A stretch of 64,000 nucleotides of DNA. Origin: Eledone cirrhosa. Taxonomy: Eukaryota. Below, one piece after another: positions 14,387 through 27,949 of this stretch. The first letter of the stretch is position 1. The number at the start of each line of letters is the position of its first letter. The position numbers were made by a program, and so were the translations under genes. The notes under the pieces are model-generated. The model was not told the DNA's origin, did not search any database, and saw only the letters and a list, made by a program, of their open reading frames with translations. The stretch is from positions 41,168,001 to 41,232,000 of the forward strand of contig OZ024752.1 in assembly GCA_964016885.1 (NCBI GenBank). Reading direction: 5' to 3'.

Positions 14387-15287
14387 CAGGGTGTTCGGGA
14401 TAAATTTGACAGTTTCATCAGGAAAAAGAAAAAGTGCTTGGTATCTACAAAATTTATTTGGTTTAAAAGAAATTCAATGGAGAAGGAAATTACACTATTG
14501 TCAAAGAGTTTTACTCAAAATAACCGCCATTAGCGTCTATTACAGCCTCAATCCGGGCCCGGAACCTAGAGCAAGCTGATTTTACACTTTGCCTGGGAAG
14601 GCCCTCAAAAACTACTTTAATTCTGTCGATTAACTGGGCTTTTGTAGTACTGGCACGGCGATTGGTGTCTTTCTCTACAGCGCCCCATACATAATAGTCC
14701 ATCGGGTTAAGATCAGGGGAGTTCGGAGGCCAAACATTGGGACTGGTGTAGTCGTAAAACTTGGCTGACAACCATTTTTGACTTTTCCCCGAGGTGTGGC
14801 AGGGGGCCGAATCCAGCTGCCATACATACAGCCTATTATTGGCTACCCTTGTTATCCAGGGCTTCAATTCATGCGACAAAGACCGAATTCCGATGCCAGG
14901 GTCCTCCAACACTTTTTTCTGCAGATTTTCGAGGAATTCTGCTGTGCGAGAGCAATCAGATCTTCTGTTATGTTTCTTTCTTCTAGCCACAGCCTCGTAG
15001 TCTCCATTGCAATTCTCCAGTTCATGCCGGATTGTTTTTACAGTGTTCAGGGAGCATTGAGCAGCGACCATGATCTCCTTATTTTGATGGCCGGCGCGAA
15101 TCATCATGATACAAGTTATTCTCTTCCATGATTCAGGTGGCTCCCAGTCATCCATTCTCGTTGTCATCACATATATGAATGAAGGAGGGTTTAAACTTTC
15201 AAATAAAGCCTAGTGGGCATGAATGAATTTAAAACATCTGAAAAAACAACCAAATATTATTCTGTCAAATTTATCCTGGACACCCTG
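14387..15287 (-). mobile_element. Tc1/mariner maT (DD37D) transposon, internally deleted, 901 bp
   Basis: 26-bp TIRs CAGGGTGTTCGGGATAAATTTGACAG / CTGTCAAATTTATCCTGGACACCCTG (2 mismatches), TA on both sides, transposase ORF inside. Confidence 0.95.
14511..15170 (-). CDS. DD37D (maT-type) transposase, in-frame internal deletion (219 aa)
   Basis: N-terminal HTH-like region; WQLDSAPCH..WPPNSPDLNPMDYYVW with 37 residues between the 2nd and 3rd catalytic Asp; C-terminal ..IDANGGYFE; segment with the first Asp is missing. Confidence 0.85.
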   Translation of the reverse strand: MMTTRMDDWEPPESWKRITCIMMIRAGHQNKEIMVAAQCSLNTVKTIRHELENCNGDYEAVARRKKHNRRSDCSRTAEFLENLQKKVLEDPGIGIRSLSHELKPWITRVANNRLYVWQLDSAPCHTSGKSQKWLSAKFYDYTSPNVWPPNSPDLNPMDYYVWGAVEKDTNRRASTTKAQLIDRIKVVFEGLPRQSVKSACSRFRARIEAVIDANGGYFE

Positions 15288-15768
15288 TATATATATATGT
15301 GTGTGCGTGTATGTATGTTTGTATGTGTGTGTGCGTGTATGTATACATATATATACAGGCATATAAATGTTATATACATATATATATTTATATATGTGTG
15401 TATGTGTGTCTGTGTGTGTGTGTGTGTGTTGTCGTGTGTGTTGGTGTGTGTCTGTATGAGAGAGTGTGTGTGTGTATGTGTGTTGTCGTGTGTGTTGGTG
15501 TGTGTCTGTGTGAGAGTGTGTGTGTGTGTGTGTGTTGTCGTGTGTGTGTGTGTGTGTGTTGTCGTGTGTGTTGGTGTGTGTCTGTGTGAGAGTGTGTGTG
15601 TGTGTGGTGTGTGTCTGTGTGTGTGTGTTGTCGTGTGTGTGTGTGTTGTCGTGTGTGTTGTTGTGTGTCTGTGTTGTCGTGTGTGTGTGTGTGTTGTCGT
15701 GTGTGTGTGTGTGTGTCTGTGTGAGAGAGAGTGTGTGTGTGTGTGTTATCGTGTGTGTATGTGTTGTC

Positions 15769-15801
<33 letters not shown>

Positions 15802-15806
15802 TGTGT
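15288..15806. repeat. Complex (GT)n/(gttgtcgt) tract
   Basis: Direct inspection. Confidence 0.9.
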
Positions 15807-15951
15807 GATATTTCAGCCAAACCTATTTCCTCGATATTAAAAACAAAAGCGAAGGAAAGCAAAAAAGATAAAAAGGAAAAAAAAAAAAAAAAAAAAAAAA
15901 CCTTAAGTGGAATTAATTGAAAGAACTATATTTACCAAAATGCTACGACAT

Positions 15952-15988
<37 letters not shown>

Positions 15989-16333
15989 GCATCAACAACA
16001 TTATGGAAGAATTCTTGCAACTTCTTGACATTAACTGTAATGCTCAACTAATTAACATTTGAAACAATTACTATCCTGGGTTTTTTACATCCTACATTTC
16101 ACAATTGCAAATTACATACGTGCGTCTGTAGAACCACACCTTCATTAAGGAATTACACCTTCATTAAGGAATTACCAACAGACATACACACCCATTCCTA
16201 CATATTCATGTACACTCAGATACATGCACAGATATATATACACATGCGTGCACACAAATACCTACGTATGTATGAGCGTATGTGTATATATCTGTGCATG
16301 TATATATATATATTTCGTTTCTGAATTTGACAC

Positions 16334-16389
16334 CCGGATGTGGCGCATGCGCAAACTGAGCACGCAACCCACACACAAACAAAATGGCG
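16334..16389 (+). promoter_or_regulatory. ETS-like, NRF1 and YY1-like motif cluster upstream of a hammerhead
   Basis: CCGGATGT 16334, GCGCATGCGCA 16343, CAAAATGGCG 16380; motif match only. Confidence 0.35.
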
Positions 16390-16435
16390 TAGGATAGAAG
16401 AAAAGAAAGGCACAGAAACGAAGAAAGAAATCCCC

Positions 16436-16480
16436 AGTCACTGAAGAGGTCACAGAGTGTGTGACGAAAGAACTATGACT
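16436..16480 (+). ncRNA. Minimal type I hammerhead ribozyme
   Basis: AGTCA-CTGAAGA-G-GTCACA gagtg TGTGAC-GAAA-GAAC-TA-TGACT; 5-bp stem I, 6-bp stem II, CUA site at 16475. Confidence 0.85.
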
Positions 16481-16685
16481 ATATATATATAAACAACTAT
16501 CTGGTTGTGGAACCAACCAACCAACCAGAAATTTATAAATTTGTAAATTTATAAATATATAATAAATTAAATTGAAGTGAAAGCAACTGGTGCGTGTGTT
16601 TCTTATTGGCAACATGACCCTCCCAAAGTATAACAATATATATATATATATATATAAATATACCGATTTATATATATATATATAT

Positions 16686-16981
16686 GTTAACCTTGGTCTT
16701 CCTCTTCTAGTGTGTCCATGTAGGGGCTCCCAAAGGAGCACTGAGTGCAATGTCAACTCTGGATGTCGGTGAGCATGTCCAGCCAACCTCAGTCTCCTCT
16801 GTGTCACTTTTGAGCTGACTTTTGGGATGCTCCCATACAGCTCTGAGTTTTTCATCCTCATGTTGATGCCCTAAGGACAGACACTGGTCTGTTGGAGATG
16901 CAGGATATGGTAGCGATAATGAGGGACAGAGACCGCTGGAGAGAGCTCGTCCGTGGATCTCGGGAATTTTACCCGCCTTAG
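16686..16981 (-). mobile_element. 296-bp RTE-derived element
   Basis: Encodes ELYGSIPKVSSKVTQRRLRLAGHAHRHPE..LLWEPLHGHTRRGRPRLTY (RTE-type ORF C-terminal region); near-identical to 39075-39370. Confidence 0.85.
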
Positions 16982-17051
16982 ATATATATATATATATATA
17001 TATATATCATATGTAACCCATGTGCAACCACGCAGTATTCATTCTTCTCAC

Positions 17052-17153
<102 letters not shown>

Positions 17154-17260
17154 GATAAAGTTATATCTGTATAAATACAGTCTTAATGTGGTGTATCCAT
17201 ACACACACATACCACACACACACACACATATATATATATATGTATATATATATATAAATC

Positions 17261-17298
<38 letters not shown>

Positions 17299-17327
17299 CA
17301 CACATATATACATATACACACACACAA

Positions 17328-17413
<86 letters not shown>

Positions 17414-17446
17414 CCCTCAACATCGTCTATCTTATTTCTCATTCTT

Positions 17447-17482
17447 TCTTCTGATGAAGGACTAGCGTCCGAATCGTTAAGA
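17447..17482 (+). ncRNA. Minimal hammerhead, GAAA mutated to GAAT (decayed), in a PLE-like terminus ~17411-17562
   Basis: TCTT-CTGATGA-A-GGAC tagc GTCC-GAAT-CG-TT-AAGA; same family as 25584 and 36155. Confidence 0.7.
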
Positions 17483-17729
17483 CCCTCTTCCTGCTATATC
17501 ATGCGTTAACCTAATATATCCCTTCCATACTGTACCGATTGTGTTTTTATTTCTGTTTACGTATATATCAAGAGAGAGATATCATAGTTTCTATTTACCA
17601 TATTTCATTCATAATCATGTAACATGTGTTTCGCAAGTGACCGGCTCTGAATCTAAAAAGATTACAATCAGATATGAAGTGGTTAAACTGAAACTATTGT
17701 AAAATATTGCCGTCTTAACTCCTCCTATT

Positions 17730-17769
<40 letters not shown>

Positions 17770-17911
17770 TTTAATACAGCATAGACGAAGCTCTAGTATA
17801 CGGCCAAGCTAGCGTGTATGCTTATTCGGTTTGTAGCTTTAGCACTCAGATGAGGTAAGACCCCATATATATATATATATACATACACACACACACATTC
17901 AAACACACACG

Positions 17912-17947
<36 letters not shown>

Positions 17948-19042
17948 CGTATATATATATACGTATATATATATACGTACATATATACCTCTCATGCAAT
18001 TATATTAAGTGCTTTATAATTTACGTGCCTAATGACTTTGCATCTTTCATATTTGCTCCTTCTTTGATATTTCTATGATTTGATTTGATTTTCTTGGGGG
18101 GGGGGTGCCATTGCCGAATCCCTCTTAGTCTCGCCCAGAAATCCCCTTTTTTTTTACTCTTTATTTATTTATATATCTCTTTTTATTATTTCCAACCTTG
18201 TGACCTTTTTGTCATTTCCGTTAAGTGACACAAGTTGGAATTTCGTTTTTCGTTTTTCGTTTTTCGTTTTTCGTTTTTCGTTTTACGTTTTTCGTTTTTC
18301 ATTTATCCATGTTTTCACATCTCCTCCGCCATCTTGTCCGACATTTCATTCTCTAATTGTATCTCATATCTAAGATTGCATTTTATCTAATTTTGTATGT
18401 TCATGTGCATGTTATACATTAGTGAGAGTATGGCGTGTGTCAGTGTATGTGTGAATGTGGGTGTCTTTGTGTGTGTGTGTGTCTGTGTCTGTGTGTGTGA
18501 GTGTGTGTCTGTGTGTGTGAGTATGTGTGTGTGTGTGTGCGTGTGTCTGTGAGTCTGGTTGTGTGTTTGTGTGTGAGTATTTGAGTGTATTTGTGCGTCT
18601 GAGCGTGTGTGATTGCATGTGTCTGTGAGTGTGTCTCTGTGAGTGTGTTATCTGGGAGTATATGTGTGTGTGAAAGCGTTTGTGTGTGTGTGTGTGTGTG
18701 TCGGTGCATGTGCATGTGAGAGAGAGAGAGAGAGAGAGAGAGTGTGTGTGTGTGTGAGTGTGTGTGTGGGCGTGTGTGTGTGTGTGTGAGTGTGTGAGTG
18801 TGACTGTGTGTGTATGTGTGTGAGTCCGTGTGAGTGTGTGTCTATGTGTGTGATTCTGTATGTGTGTGTATGTGAGTGTGTGTCTCTGTGTGAGTCTGTA
18901 TGCATGTGTGTGTGTGGTTGGGTAATGTGATGGGAGTTGTCTCATTTGCTTTTAAGTGTTAATTGCACGAGAAATATGGAGGGGGGGAGTAAGACTTGAA
19001 CATCTCCATTACTTTGTCGTTTTCATATATCATTGTCACATA

Positions 19043-20152
19043 CACACTAACACACACTAACACACTAACACACTACCACACACTAACGCACTAACACACA
19101 TTACCACACTAACACACTACCACACACTAACGCACTAACACACTACCACACACTAACGCACTAACACACATTACCACACTAACACACTACCACACACTAA
19201 CGCACTAACACACTACCACACACTAACGCACTAACACACATTACCACACACTAACACACTAAAACACTACCACATACTAACACACTAACAGAAACACACT
19301 CAGACACTATCACACACTAACACACACATATACACACACACATACTAACACACTAATACATTAACATAAACACACTCAGACACTACCACTCATTAACACA
19401 CTAATACACTAACATAATCACACTCAGACACTACCACACACTAACACACACACACACTAATACACACACACATACTAACACACTAATACACTAACATAAA
19501 CACACTCAGACACTAACACACACTAACACACACAAACACACACTAACACACACAAACACACACACACACACTGATACACACACATACACACTAACACACT
19601 AACGCACGCACACATACTAACACACTAATACACTAACATAAACACACTCAGACACTAACACACAAACACACACACACACACTAATATACGCATATACACC
19701 CTAACACACTAACGCACGCACACATACTAACACACTAATACACTAACATAAACACACTCAGACACTAACACACACAAACACACACATAATAACACACTAA
19801 TACACTAACATAAACACACTCAGACACTAACACACAAACACACACACACACACTAATATACACATATACACACTAACACACTAACGCACGCACACATACT
19901 AACACACTAATACACTAACATAAACACACTCAGACACTAACACACACAAACACACACATACTAACACACTAATACACTAACATAAACACACTCAGACACT
20001 AACACACACAAACACACACATACTAACACACTAATACACTAACATAAACACACTCAGACACTAACACACACAAACACACACATACTAACACACTAATACA
20101 CTAACATAAACACACTCAGACACTAACACACACAAACACACACATACTAACA
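19043..20152. repeat. CA-rich compound minisatellite built of cacactaa, with a 62-bp period in the distal part
   Basis: Unit cacactaatacactaacataaacacactcagacactaacacacacaaacacacacatactaa repeats from ~19900 to 20150. Confidence 0.9.
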
Positions 20153-20322
20153 CGCCATCACACGCATGCACATATGTATATATTTATAATCATTTCTACT
20201 TTTTGGCACAAGGCCAGCAATTATCCCAGTGTATTACTGGTACTTTATTTTATCGACCCCGTAAGGATGAATGTATATATTTATAATGAATGTCAATATA
20301 CTTGTTTGTGGTTTGTGTATTC

Positions 20323-20354
<32 letters not shown>

Positions 20355-20399
20355 ATGTGTGTGTGTGTGCGTGTATGATGTATACACACATACACACAT

Positions 20400-20447
<48 letters not shown>

Positions 20448-20635
20448 TGAGAGAGAGAGAGAGAGATTGATGTAGAGCGAGAGAGAGATATATATAGATA
20501 GATAGATATATGTGCGCGCGCATGTGTATGTACATATGTACATATGTGTGTAAGTCTGTCACTCTGTGTGTATGTATGTATGTATGTATGTATGTATGCA
20601 TGTATGTATGTATGTATGTATGTATGTATGTATGT

Positions 20636-21243
20636 GTCAGGTCACCAGTTGGTGCTACTGGTAACAAGTATCCCAGTACAGCCTGTCCCATGGTCGGGTC
20701 GTTGGCGACTAAACTGGCAACCCACCAAGGTTTCTTGGTGAGGAGGGTGACTTTGGACATCCTGCAGGACTAAAAACAAAACCTGTCAAAGGGCAAAGGA
20801 GCTCTTAAGAGTCAATGGCCATCCAAAATCACCGGGAGAGATGACCCCTTAGCCTTTGTCAAGGCAGAATTCTAGGAGAAGGAAAACTCTGATATAACAC
20901 CTGCAACCCTGATGGTATCCAATGATGTTGACTTGTTCTTCTTTTTGGTAAATATCATCTTGGTTAAGAGAGTGGGACTGGCTTTGTGCAGTGCCTTTGC
21001 TCATTATAAAAGCTTCACGACACAGGCATTGCTTTATATCTGGAGATCTCTCTGCACTTGTCGTCACATGGTACCATGGGCCCAGCACTATGTGTCAATA
21101 ATTATCACAAGTGTAGTGTTTGTACCAGAGTTTTCAAGTCGCTGGCTGGACTAAAAAGTCACACTTGTTCAGCGCATTAGTAGGGGTTCTCCTACATGGA
21201 TATAAAGTAGTGGCCGTACTTGAAAACGAGTTGGCAGCCACCA
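20636..21243 (+). mobile_element. ~610-bp non-autonomous RTE derivative
   Basis: RTE-like 5' motifs (ctggcaacc, ggagaaggaaaactctga); 21106-21180 encodes C2H2-like HKCSVCTRVFKSLAGLKSHTCSAH*; (ATGT)n on both sides. Confidence 0.75.
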
Positions 21244-21564
21244 TGTATGTATGTATGTATGTATGTATGTATGTATGTATGTATGTATGTATTATGTATG
21301 TATGTATGTATGTATGTATATCTGAATTTACTGAACGTGTGTATGCATCAATGTAGAACTGTTTTGGAAGAAAACCACTTTAGATGATCCGATTATCATT
21401 ATTGAAGGCTTTAAATTATTTACTTGCGCCTCCAGTAAAATCCTCCGAATAACAACTTCGCTGATTTGAACTTTCTAGAAATGTTTATGTGAAAATATGT
21501 TTCCTAACGTTCTAAACGAGCTTTAATGAATCTACCTAACAGCATTATAGATTTACTTTAGTAA

Positions 21565-21823
21565 GGGCGGTGGATTGGCAGTATCGGTAGAGGGTCGGAC
21601 GCCATGCTTTGACGCATAGAGTTACGGCCCTTTCCATTCTGAGTTCAAATCCCGCCGAGGTCAACTTTGCCTTTCATCCTTACGGGGTCGATAACATAAA
21701 GTACCAGTAATGTACTGGGTAATTGCTGGCCTTGTGCCAAAAGTAGAAACAATTATAGATTTACTTTAGTACCAGTAATACACTGAGTAATTTTCTGGCC
21801 TTGTGCCAAAACTAGAAACAATT
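21565..21823 (+). mobile_element. SINE with duplicated 3' end
   Basis: Full copy 21565-21755; 3' fragment plus flank repeated at ~21768-21830. Confidence 0.9.
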
Positions 21824-21889
21824 ATAGATTTACGTATATTTCTATATAAAGAATGATATGCTCGTGTGTTCGTGCTCAGAGGTGCTATA

Positions 21890-22315
21890 CAATAGCTTGT
21901 AGTGACTCTACTTATAGTGAAGCTACCTCAGTTTAGCTTATAGTGTCTTTACCTTACTATAGTTCATAGTGTCTCTACCTCACTATAGATGTAGTGGATT
22001 TACCTCACTATAGCTTATAGTGAAGCTACCCTAGTTTAGCTTATAGTTACTCTACTTCGCTATAGCTTATAGTGACTCAACCTCACTATAGTTTATAGTA
22101 TCTCTACCTCACTATAGATGTAGTGGATCTACCTCACTATAGCTTATAATGAATCTACCTCACTCTAGCTTATAGTGAATCCACTTTACTGTAGCTTATA
22201 GTGATTCAATCTCAATGTAGATGTAGTGACTCCAGCTCAATATATCTTATAGTGAAGCTACCTCACTATATCTTATAGTGTATCTACCTCACTATAGCTT
22301 CAGTGAATTTACCTC
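21890..22315. repeat. 26-bp minisatellite with internal dyad (agcttatagtgaatctacctcactat)
   Basis: ~16 diverged units; atagtga and tcactat are mutually complementary. Confidence 0.9.
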
Positions 22316-22379
22316 AAAGCACCTCAAAGCATTATATATTTTGCATAGAGATGCTATAAAATAGCTTATGAGGTAGGGC

Positions 22380-22507
<128 letters not shown>

Positions 22508-23096
22508 GGAGAAAGAGAGAGAGAAAGAGAGAGAGGGGGGTATAGATAAATAGATAGACAGATTTATATTTATGTTACATTTATATATATATATGTGTGT
22601 GTCTGTGTGTGTGTACAGATAGATACATTGATAAATAGATATACAGATAGCTAAATTTGTATTTATATGTATATTTATATTTATATATATATTTATACAA
22701 TATATATTTATATATGGATATAATAGGAGAGAGAAGGGGCGTGATTCAAGTTCAGAAATTCTTCATTGGAACAACATATAATCATCATTACTACACTTTT
22801 TGGCAACACTGCTGCCATCTATTGGTTTGAGTGTTCTGAGGGAAGAAGAACATGAAAAAAATATTCTACAATCACATGATTTATAAACATAACCAAAAGC
22901 AAAGAAATAACAGAGTTATTTGCTCTTTGTTCTTTTCGTCATAGTTTTTGTTTTCTTCTTCTTTTTAACCTTCCAATATCATATTCCTTAACTGTCACGG
23001 ACATGCACATATATATATTCACATACCCGCAACGGAAAACTTGAAATAAGTGTCTAATTAGATTACAGTCCGATGCCCAATTGAAACGAATTTTCG

Positions 23097-23945
23097 GTGC
23101 TGAGAGAGAAATTCCTTTGAGCCATCAACTGTTGTATACATTTAGGAGAATGTGTTTCAAACTGCAAATGTATTTCAACTGAAGCTCAAATGAACTTCGA
23201 TTTATGCCTATTATTAGCATCAAAATGACGGTGCATTGGCAGTATTGGTAGAGGTTCGGATGCCAAGCCTTGCAGCATAGAGTTACGCTGCTTTACGGTC
23301 TGAGTTGAAATCCAACCGAGGTTAACTTTGCTTTCATCCTTACATGGTCAATAAAATAAAGTACCAGTATGCCCAGTGCATTACTAGTAATTGCTGGCCT
23401 TGTGCCAAAAGTAGAAACAATTTCTGTGCTGAGAGAGAAATTCCTTTGAGCCATCAACTGTTGTATACATTTAGGAGAATGTGTTTCAAACTGCAAATGT
23501 ATTTCAACTGAAGCTCAAATGAACTTCGATTTATGCCTATTATTAGCATCAAAATGGCAGTGCATTGACAGTATCGATAGAGGTTCGGATGCCATGCCTT
23601 GCAGCATAGAGTTACGCTGCTTTACGGTCTGAGTTGAAATCCAACCGAGGTTAACTTTGCCTTTCATCCTTACATGGTCAATAAAATAAAGTACCAGTAA
23701 TGCACTGGAGTAATTGCTGGCCTTGTGCCAAAAGTAGAAACAATTAATATAAACCAAATATACGTATTGGATTGGCAGTATCGGTAGAGCGTCAGACACA
23801 ATGACAGATTTATGGCTACTTTACGTTCTGACTTCAAATCCCACCCCCGGGTTAACTTTGCTTTCATTTATACGGGGTCGATAAAATAAAGTACCAGTAA
23901 TGCACTGGGGTAATTGCTGGCCTTGTGTCAAAAGTAGAAACAATT
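23097..23945 (+). repeat. 329-bp tandem duplication (unique flank plus SINE) followed by a third SINE
   Basis: gtgctgagagagaaattcc at 23097 and 23426; additional SINE ~23768-23945. Confidence 0.9.
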
Positions 23946-24102
23946 ATAACGCACCAGAGTACTCAATACTTAGGGTAGTAGAGTGGGTAATAGGAAAAAG
24001 TATGACCCGGACGGCAGAGCTCAAGCCGTTTCGACGGCTATTTCTGGACGCAGAAATAGCCCTCGAAAGGGCTTGAGCTCAGCCGTTGGGGTCATACTTT
24101 TT

Positions 24103-24106
<4 letters not shown>
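23946..24106 (-). mobile_element. Fold-back half-hammerhead element, copy A
   Basis: Palindrome 23991-24106 plus partial family tail on the left. Confidence 0.85.
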
Positions 24107-24194
<88 letters not shown>

Positions 24195-25054
24195 AGTAGG
24201 TAGGTCTCTCTGGAAACAGGGTTGGGGTGTGCTGAGAGTATTACGTGGTCCCAAAAGTTTGAGATCCTCTGATTTATTCCATTATATAATTTATTATATA
24301 ATTTATTCCATGATATAAAATTAATTTACTCAAAATTCTCTTCCATTGTTTCGATTTAAAGTAAACATTTCTACAAATATATTCAATCTCAAATTCTCCT
24401 GAAAGTCTGCTACAATTACCAAACAATCCCATAACCAATATTTACAATAAATCAAACAATGAACTGATTTTTCTATCGATTCAATAGATATATTGATTCA
24501 ATAGACAGTTTTAGGAGAGGCGGCTTCTATATTTTAACCATTCTCTCTAAATTTCTTGTTGATTTTTCAAACATTTATAATGAAAGTCTAAAATCATTTT
24601 TTATAACGTTGAATCTCATCTGAATTCTATAAATTTCTTTTCGGTATTTGGTATTACTGCTTCCTAACAGCATGAGATTTCTCTATAAATAAAGGGGAAA
24701 AAATCTATAAAAATAAATCCAAATCATTAATGAGCTATTCATCTTTCGGCAAGCTGTAATGAATAGTTTCTGATAGATCAGAATTAGAATTTTTCACTTC
24801 TTGTAAACATGTCGGCTTTTATTCGATATATACCTCAGATATACCTCAGATTTTGTACATAAATAAAGATTCGGTAGATAACAGCGTGGATTTCAGATAC
24901 ACATACTACACATATATATAGATATACATATATACATACATACCTGTGAATATATATATATTATTATATATTTTATTATATATATATATAAATGGGTATA
25001 TGTATATATACATACATATATATTGTTATACTTGGGGAAGGTCATATTTTCTGT

Positions 25055-25096
<42 letters not shown>

Positions 25097-25124
25097 ATCA
25101 AAAGATGGTTAAAAGAGTTTCATG

Positions 25125-25195
25125 TATTTTATTATGCGCATTTCAAAAACAAATATCATCATGCAATAACATTTGTGTTTTCATCAGATAAAATA
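25125..25195 (-). ncRNA. Type I hammerhead ribozyme inside a 160-bp (TA)n-flanked element (~25093-25251)
   Basis: TATTTTAT-CTGATGA-(ACAAATGTT..GATATTTGT stem II)-GAAA-TGCGCA-TA-ATAAAATA; 8-bp stem I, palindromic stem III ATGCGCAT. Confidence 0.85.
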
Positions 25196-25247
25196 GGAAG
25201 ACATGATATGAAGGTTAAAAACATTTGTGGATAGTGCAGTTTTAAAT

Positions 25248-25314
<67 letters not shown>

Positions 25315-25323
25315 GTGTATATG

Positions 25324-25413
<90 letters not shown>

Positions 25414-25583
25414 CGTGTGTGTATGTATGTGTATATATATATGTATATATATATCATACACAAAACGCCAGCACCAACAGTTTGCAAGAGATGTCAACAT
25501 GAATGGACTTGTTATTTTTATCTAAACAGATTTTTTCCAATTCCACCCCACTCGCCCCCTCAATCTATCTTATTTCTCATTCT

Positions 25584-25619
25584 TTTTCTGATGAAGGACT
25601 AACGTCCGAAACGTTAAGA
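25584..25619 (+). ncRNA. Minimal type I hammerhead ribozyme
   Basis: TTTT-CTGATGA-A-GGAC taac GTCC-GAAA-CG-TT-AAGA; palindromic AACGTT at stem III. Confidence 0.8.
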
Positions 25620-25879
25620 CCCTCCTCCTGCTGTATCAAGCGTTAAGCACATCACTACAGCCACCACCACCACCACATCACTACAGCCACCACCACCACC
25701 ACCACCACAACCCTAGACAGAACAGCTCTCATTGATTCATTACGCCATCTTTAATTAATACAATAGACATTTCTTAAATTATGTCTGTCTGCCATCTATT
25801 TATTATCTGTAACTAATTTCTTCTCAATATTAAAATATATCTTCCTTTTTTTTCTACTTTTCTCTCTCTCTCTTCCTTC

Positions 25880-25966
<87 letters not shown>

Positions 25967-26047
25967 TCCTCGCCCCTCTCTCTCTCTCTCTCTATCTATC
26001 ACTCTCTCTCTCTTCCTCCTCGCCTCTCTCTCTCTCTCTCTCTCTCC

Positions 26048-26098
<51 letters not shown>

Positions 26099-26374
26099 GT
26101 ATATATATATATATATATATATAATATACATACATACATTCACATATACACAAACACACAGACACACACACACACGCACGCACGCACACACACACACACA
26201 TTATGTGTAGTGCATATGTGTGTATGTATCTATGTACTTTTATATTTCTCAAGAGCTAGTTACAATTTTTGTTTCAATCTCTGTCTCACTCTCTCTTTTC
26301 TCCTGCTACTCCTCCTACATTCTCTCTCTCTTTCTCTCATTCACTCACTTTCCATCTATCTATCTATCTCTCTA

Positions 26375-26723
<349 letters not shown>

Positions 26724-26772
26724 AAAGAATAGAGGTGTAACACACAAGTTATTATATATTGGTAAACGGAAT

Positions 26773-26830
<58 letters not shown>

Positions 26831-26911
26831 CTCGCGTTCGTAAATATTCTGCCTTCGAAACATCTAATATCTTTATATATTAGTAACAAACATTAAATTA
26901 AGTTCCGCAAA

Positions 26912-27106
26912 GGGTGGTGGATTGGCAGTATCGGTAGAGGGTCGGACGCCATGCTTTCCAGCATAGTTACGTCCCTTTACGATCTGAGTTCAAATCCCGC
27001 CGAGGTTGACTTTGCCTTTCATCCTTACGGGGTCGGGGTCGATAAAATAAAGTACCAGTAATGCACTGAGGTAATTGCTGGCCTTGTGCCTAAAGTAGAA
27101 ACAATT
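26912..27106 (+). mobile_element. SINE with target-site duplication
   Basis: Consensus match; attaaattaagttccgc is present on both sides. Confidence 0.9.
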
Positions 27107-27166
27107 AAATTAAGTTCCGCTAAACAAACTTTCTATTCTCCGTTTCTTTCTAACAGCATTCGTCTC

Positions 27167-27199
<33 letters not shown>

Positions 27200-27326
27200 T
27201 TCCAGGCTTGTCTCTTAGACGCATATGTATCATCCGGGCGGAGAATCGGCATATATATATATATAACTTTGATAGGTTTTGGCCAGTATTGGCCCAAGCC
27301 ATGTCTAACTTAATAGCACCACCTGG

Positions 27327-27373
<47 letters not shown>

Positions 27374-27664
27374 ATAATAATAAATTTGAAGACTAAAATC
27401 CAAAGAGGGCTCGATAAGAATAAATATATATCAAATATATAAGAGAACCGTAGAGCAATATTTATTAAAATAACAGATTAAAGTTTAAGCAAAGAATCGT
27501 ATTTGTTCAGGTGTTAGTATGTGCTCCTTCCCGATCCTCGGGTTATTGATTTTACGATGTTTTAAATGTTTGTATATGTGTGAATGTGCATATATATATG
27601 TGCTTTGTCATGTGCACGTATGTATAAACATATATATATGTGTGTACATGCGCACAGGTATGAA

Positions 27665-27945
27665 AATGCGTAGCTTGGTTGTTAGGGTATTCGACTCACA
27701 ATCGGAAGGTTGTGATTTCGAATATACAAAGGAACTTCATTTCATGTTTCTCCTGTTCATGCAGCAGGAAAAAACAAGACTTTTTCCACACTATGTCACA
27801 CTGAATCTCCCTGAGAAATCTGTTATGGTTACACGTGTCTATTGAATAATCAGCCACTTAGAGGTTAATTCCACGAGCTAGATGTTTCGTTCATCAACCA
27901 GCTTCAACGCTCACCGTCGGGGCCGACGGAGGTCCAACACACACT
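27665..27945 (+). mobile_element. Decayed CORE-like tRNA SINE
   Basis: gcgtagcttggttgttagggtattcgactcacaatcg tRNA-like head, cttcatttcatgtt.ctcc block. Confidence 0.5.
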
Positions 27946-27949
27946 ATAT

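Noticed and set aside
19043-20152. Telomere-like ctaac repeats
   Set aside because: No TTAGGG or TTAGG tandem; derived from (CA)n
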